Source of the DNA: Octopus vulgaris
Taxonomy: Eukaryota
Direction: 5' to 3'
NCBI GenBank assembly: GCA_951406725.2
Contig: OX597821.1
Location: 1,860,001 to 1,924,000 of the forward strand
Length of the DNA: 64,000 nucleotides
Of the stretch, positions 57,927 through 64,000 are shown in pieces. The position numbers were made by a program, and so were the translations under genes. Below the pieces are notes generated by a model that saw only the letters and a list, made by a program, of their open reading frames with translations, was not told the origin of the DNA and searched no databases. Position 1 is the stretch's first letter, and every line of letters begins with the position of its first letter.

Positions 57927-57983
<57 letters not shown>

Positions 57984-58057
57984 TATATATGTATATATAT
58001 ATATGCATATATTTGTATGTGTAAATATGTATGTATGTATGTATTTATGTATGTATG

Positions 58058-58173
<116 letters not shown>

Positions 58174-58175
58174 AA

Positions 58176-58708
58176 CACAAGGGTTGGACAAAATAATGGA
58201 AACACCTAGCATCATAACATCATAATTTTGAAATGTCTATAAACTCGTCAAAAACTTGTTTAGTTTTGCGGTTTTTGATTTATTATTAGTGTTGCTTAAT
58301 ATGTTTTGCTAAAAGTGCTGTTCCTTTTCAAATATCATGACAAAAAGGTACTCCTACCCGAACTAGAAATGATCACAAATGTACAGCTCCCAAAATTACT
58401 GCAGAGCTTAATGGCTACTTTGTGAACCCAGTTTCCACAAAAACTGTTTGCCGAGAGCTGCACAAAGCCGGATTTCAAGGGAGGGCTGCAATCAGAGAAT
58501 CACTACTTTCAAAAGCAAACGTTGCAAAGCGTTTATCCTGGAGTAAAAACTGACAGAATTGGTATCTAGAGCAGTGGAAGTATGTTATTTTCTCCGACGA
58601 GTCATCGTTTACCTTATTTCCGACCACCGACCGAGTATACGTGTGGAGGCAACCGAAAGAATCATTTGACCCAGACTGCCTTCTTCCAATTGTTAAACGT
58701 AGAGGAAG

Positions 58709-58711
<3 letters not shown>
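58176..58711 (+). mobile_element. Tc1 transposon relic
   Basis: TIR-like gggttggacaaaataatggaaacac. Translation VSTKTVCRELHKAGF...WKYVIFSDES...VWRQPKE...CLLPIVK. Confidence 0.85.
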
Positions 58712-58763
<52 letters not shown>

Positions 58764-58764
<1 letters not shown>

Positions 58765-58905
58765 CGACGGGCTTCTTTCAGCTTCCGTCTACCAAAATCA
58801 TTCACAAGGTTTTGGTCGGCCCGTGAATATAGTAGAAGACACTTGCCCAAGGTACTACGCTATGGGAATGAACCCGGAAGCAAGCTTCTTATGACACAAC
58901 TACAC
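58764..58905 (-). mobile_element. SINE family A head half
   Basis: Reverse-complement match acgacgggcttctttcag...acttgcccaagg. Confidence 0.75.
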
Positions 58906-59004
58906 ATGCGCTCTATCCAATAGATCTAGCTATGTTAGTTCAGCAATATGGCTGTAGGTAGTAAAATATTAAAGTAAACTATCAGATTCAAACTAAAAGT
59001 GATA

Positions 59005-59335
59005 TACGAGGGTGAGTCAAAAAGTAATGCCATTTCGTTTAGGACAGATATAATTACAAGCACGGGAACATGTATCATACATCATAATGAAGCTGGTCTT
59101 CTGTGGATCACATCCCTGCATCTCAACATAGTCACCGTTTCTCTCAATAGCAATGTTCTACCTTCCAATGACAGCATGCATCCCTGCCCCGTAAAATTCT
59201 GTTGACTGTTCTTTGAGCCACTTCTTCACTACAACTTTCACTTCCTCGTCACTAGAATAATTTAGCGCCTTCAGACTATCATCTCTTCGGCCCCATGAAA
59301 GGGAGTTTGAGAGTCAGACATTATTCCAGTTAAAT
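59005..59335 (+). mobile_element. Mariner fragment
   Basis: TIR tacgagggtgagtcaaaaagt and the fragment LAPSDYHLFGPMK. Confidence 0.7.
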
Positions 59336-59339
59336 TTTG

Positions 59340-60060
59340 ATGTATCATCTACAATGTGTGTAGGGGAGAAACGGATCACAATAGTTTTCTCAAGTAGATT
59401 TAGCCATGAAAAGACATGCTATAAAATAGTTCTGACTTGCTGTGCTGCTTCGAAACAATGCCACAACTGTTGATATTTAGAAGAAAAGTGAACCCGAGAG
59501 AAAACTTCAATGCAATGTAATTGTTAATATTCATCCAAAACACTGGAATCGTGAAGCCGGACTAAAATTGTGGCTACAAAATATATGTTCAAAGCATCAA
59601 AACCTTCTTCTGGTATCGGATAAGTTTATAGTATAGAGTAAATAGAATTGGAGTAATGAAAATTAAGTTGGAAGAATTAAATGCTTAATTGGTTGTCATT
59701 TCTGGTGGACAGCTGAGTAAATTGCTGTATTTAACTGTGTATATACGTCATTAAGCCTCTTAAATAAAATATACGCGAACATCGGAGAGGAGGAAGGAAG
59801 ATGTTGATCACGAAATTTAAGAAACAGGAAGAAAGAAGCAGGCCACACTTGCACAAGTGTGAGAGTAGGTGAAGGAATTTGGCAAAATGCGGACAAGGAG
59901 TGAAATAATTGCCAAATCTTTTAAGAAGTGTAGAATCAGAAATGCCATTAATGGTGCTGAAGACGATGCGTTGCTTGAAGACTGTGATATCAACAGTGGT
60001 GATGGTGAGCTTTTAGGCTTTCGTGATGAACAATTTTCTAACTTCGGTAAAGTACTCTAA
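59340..60060 (+). mobile_element. Pogo-family transposase relic
   Basis: Fragments LVVISGG and IIAKSFKKCRIRNAINGAEDD, resembling the pogo DDE C-terminus. Confidence 0.55.
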
Positions 60061-60216
60061 ACTTTTTCTCTATATTCTGATTGTGCTTTCATGTTCAAAT
60101 GTACTCGTAGCTTTGATTTTGCATTTGGTTTGCTTAATTCTTGTTGTGGACCGGTTTGTTGAAACAAATTTTGTTGTATCAATAATAAACAGCTACACAG
60201 TAGGGAAGACCTGTCT

Positions 60217-60249
60217 CTGATGAGGTCACGGATGGTGACGAGAGCGCTC
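60217..60249 (+). ncRNA. Degenerate minimal hammerhead motif
   Basis: CTGATGA-g-GTCAC-ggatg-GTGAC-GAGA-GCGC-TC, with one substitution in GAAA. Confidence 0.55.
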
Positions 60250-60998
60250 TAACCTATATTGCTGATTGATTGACCGAACGAGTAATCAAACAGTAGGTTA
60301 GTTAATTGGCTAACGATTCTGCCACCTTGCCGCCTTAAACTAGGTGATTAATAATAACAAAAGAAGTGAAACAGAAATATTTCATGTATTTGTTCCTGTC
60401 ATTATGACCCGCCCAAGATCCAGGAAAATACTGGAACCTTCTTTTTATAAAATGTTTTCTGCTTTTTATTTTTCCTTGGAAATTCATATTACTTTAAGAT
60501 CTTCATATAGGATATTTTAATTGTAAATTATCTGTTCAACTACTGTGATTCCCTTCCTATATTGAACTATCTTGACAGCTTGCTTTTTATATAACCTAAT
60601 GTTTTTGACATACAATGAAAGTGCTTGTGTCTTCCTTGAAACGTTATATTACTGCCGACTATTCATGTAGGATATTTTAACTGATGTGATATCCTGCCTT
60701 AATGCTTAGCTGCGCCGCTTGCTCAATTTTTATGTTCATTAATATTTTTTTCTGTATTTAAACTCCACTTTTCTTTTTTAAGTTACAGTAATGTTATTAA
60801 ACTTGTTTTTTTCCGCTGTCATATTTGGATGTTTTGTAAATATTTTTCTCTTTTCAGCCATAAAGTGTTCAATAAACATTAAATGGTTAAATAAACTAAA
60901 GTTAATTTTTTTCCTGAATAATCCTCCCTGAAATGGGAGTGTATTTTGTATGTCCATACATATTAGATGAAATAAAATCAACTACGCTGCGTGCGCAG

Positions 60999-61033
<35 letters not shown>

Positions 61034-61113
61034 TAGTTTAAATTATGTATATATCTATCTGTCTGTCAGTTCTTCTGTCTGTCTGTTCTTCTGTCCGTCT
61101 GTCTATTAATCGA

Positions 61114-61194
61114 GGCTCTGATGACGTTATAAAGTGTTATTCAGGCACTCAACAACGAGTTCCTTGAATCTTATAGCGGAAACAGTTATAAGCC
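61114..61194 (+). ncRNA. Type I hammerhead ribozyme with extended helix II
   Basis: GGCT-CTGATGA-CGTTATAA-[inner hairpin]-TTATAGCG-GAAA-cagtta-TA-AGCC. Helix I is 4 bp, helix II is 8 bp, and helix III is minimal. Confidence 0.72.
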
Positions 61195-61285
61195 AATGAA
61201 CTTCATAAGGTAACCCTATACATGAATAAGGTAATTGTATGCATAATGTAATCCAGTACATAAATACACACACACACACACTCAC

Positions 61286-61339
<54 letters not shown>

Positions 61340-61514
61340 TTTTTATCAATTGCATGAACTAAAAGTCGGAGGGGACGGGATAAACTACATGTATGAGCTT
61401 GCTATAAAAACAGATACTAATTTTACCTTGGCCTTATTCTTAGTGCACTTTTGCCTTGTCCTTACTCTTCGTGCAGTTTGAGTTTAAAAGTTATTTTTTC
61501 GAAGCTATAATAGA

Positions 61515-61980
61515 AATGACAAAGGAACATATTCCGCATGTTGTGCTTTATGAGTTCAATAAAGGCAACTACGAGGAATATAAATGGGGTATATGGGGTT
61601 CGAACAATAAGAATAAGGCAGTGTCAACGGTAGTTCCAGAAGTTCCGAGTAGGAAGCTACAGCCTCGAAACAAACCTCATCCTGGAAGATCTGTAGAGCT
61701 CAACGTGGACATCCTGGAAAACCTGGTGGAGCAAAATTCCTTCGTAACTATTGAGGAACTTACAGGGTAGCTTGGATTTGATCATTCAACCATTCATCGA
61801 CACCTGCGGGCCACCGGAAAAATCAGCAAATTGCTTTAATGGGTTCCTCACAAACTTTTCGAGTCCAATCGAGTGCAGTAAGTGAATGTGTGCTCTTCTT
61901 TGCTGCCCCGACTCACGAATGAAGTTTTTGTCGACCGAATAGTGACGGATGACGAGAAATGGGTTCAGATGAAAATGTCA
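61515..61980 (+). mobile_element. Mariner transposase relic (N-terminal half)
   Basis: MTKEHIPHVVLYEF...STIHRHL...WVPHKL...DRIVTDDEKWV with stops and frameshifts. Confidence 0.85.
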
Positions 61981-62083
61981 ATTAAAAAATTAGTCCTCAA
62001 ATCCAATATGTGACTAGTGAAGGAAATTCATGCAGCTGATAGATGTATGTTTGCTGCTTTGACACAATATATACAATACATAA

Positions 62084-62297
62084 GGTGGTGAGCTGGCAGA
62101 AACGTTAGCACGGCGGGAGAAATACTTAGCGGTATTTCGTTTGTCTTTACAATCTGGGTTCAAATACCGCCGGGGTCAACTTTGCCTCTCATCCTTTAGG
62201 GTTCGATAAATTAAGTACCTGTTGCGCACTGGTGTCGATCTAATCGACTGGCCGCCTCCCCCAAAACTTTCAGGCTTGGGCTTAGAGTAGAAAAGAA
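62084..62297 (+). mobile_element. SINE family B monomer
   Basis: ggtggtgagctggcagaaacgttagc head and body. Confidence 0.8.
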
Positions 62298-62603
62298 TAT
62301 ATATACAATACATATTATAATCTCTGTATGATTCTTCCATTTAGAGAAAAATTCTTGTTCAGGAATATGGGACTGGGGAGACAAGGGAACCCAAAAGAAA
62401 TATCTGAACATGCATCAAAATGTTGCTGTCCTAAGGAGTCAGGCTAACGTGCAATGCAAACACTTAAAGAAGTTACATCTCTCTCTCTCTTACTTTATGT
62501 ATGTATGTATGTATGTATGTATGTATGTATGTATGTATGTATGTATGTATGTATGTATGTATGTATGTATGTATGTATGTATGTATCTATCTATCTATAT
62601 CTA

Positions 62604-62670
<67 letters not shown>

Positions 62671-62681
62671 TTATGTCTATC

Positions 62682-62733
<52 letters not shown>

Positions 62734-62738
62734 CTATA

Positions 62739-62770
<32 letters not shown>

Positions 62771-62779
62771 ATCTTTACC

Positions 62780-63170
62780 TATTGCAGTCATTAGACTGCG
62801 GCCTTGGAGGGACATCGACGTCAGGAGCTTTTATTGGAAGGATTCGAGCCCAGTACCTACCTTTTTAAACTTAGTTTTTATTTTATCGCCCCGGTATCTT
62901 AGGAGGACGTAAATACACCAACACTGGTTATCAAGCGGCGATGCGCGACAAACTAACACAGACACACACATGTACATAATTATATACAGAGGCATATATA
63001 TAAATATAGACAGGATTTTATTTTTTCAATTTCCGTCCAGTAACTGCACTCACAAGTCTTTGGTCGGCCCAAGACATAACAGAAGTGACTTGCCCAAGGT
63101 CTCACGCATCTGGACTGAACAGGAGGCATGTGGTTGAGAAGGAAGTTTCTCACGACACAGCCATTCCCCG
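62780..63170 (-). mobile_element. Degenerate SINE family A
   Basis: Reverse-complement tail, body and head ending acagccattcccc. Confidence 0.7.
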
Positions 63171-63433
63171 CCTATATATATATACATACGTAAAACTATA
63201 TTCATGAGAATACATATATAAAACATACAAATCTGCGCATACATGCATACATACACACACACATACTTACATACATACATATATACATACATATATACAT
63301 ACATATATACATACATATATACATACAAAACAAAAATACTTGTTGATGATGGGATTCCAATGAACGAGCTTGGATTTAGGTTAGAAACCGGTTCTATCTC
63401 TATCGGCAAGAAATCTTGAAATGAACCGAATAA

Positions 63434-63600
<167 letters not shown>

Positions 63601-64000
63601 CATATATACATAGATACATACATACATATACATACACATACAAACACGTCTGTGAATACAGATTCATGCTTCGAGTATGAGAGGACCCTATTGAAGAAAT
63701 ATCCACATATACATGCATAGACATAGGGCTTATTGTTTGACTAGGATTTAGAACATATATTTAGCATAAACCTTTAGGGATGGATAAATAATTTTAGCCG
63801 TACGATATACCAATCCCGTAGCAACAGCAAACTAGGCCTTCTTTCTTTCTCTTTTTTCTCTCTCTTTGTTTGCATGTTTGTTTGTTTTAAACCAACTCCT
63901 ACAATTTGGGATTATATAACATTACTACATTGCGTGGCTTTGATAAATTGCACATTATAACAATCTCCCTAACTCCTATTACTCCTGTTGCAATTTGCTG

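Noticed and set aside
63340-63395. TTGATGA...GAAA-CCGG-TT hammerhead-like pieces
   Set aside because: No convincing helix II junction or helix I in this copy.

Overview
AT-rich, microsatellite-saturated eukaryotic intergenic or intronic DNA. The SINE families look like those of octopus (coleoid cephalopod); that assignment is an inference. I could not support any host protein-coding exon, and almost all ORFs in the track are translated simple repeats. The real coding remnants belong to transposons: a 5'-truncated CR1/L2-group LINE (11890-14500), a frameshifted R4/Dong-type RLE LINE in a (TAA)n cluster (about 36306-39995), a full-length Chapaev3-like DNA transposon with TTA target duplications (48901-51197), and Tc1/mariner/pogo relics. 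About 25 copies or fragments of tRNA-derived SINEs are also present. The main discovery is a set of small non-coding elements carrying type I hammerhead ribozyme (HHR) folds. Four folds look essentially complete (26752-26846 +, 31034-31084 -, 33087-33137 +, 61114-61194 +) and about nine more are variant or decayed, from several apparently distinct families. Many sit in (TA)n tracts, several have a divergent inverted or partial-tandem layout, and one is fused to a tRNA-like Pol III head. This resembles a Penelope-dependent, retrozyme-like population of non-autonomous retroelements. All folds were read by eye and none was tested.
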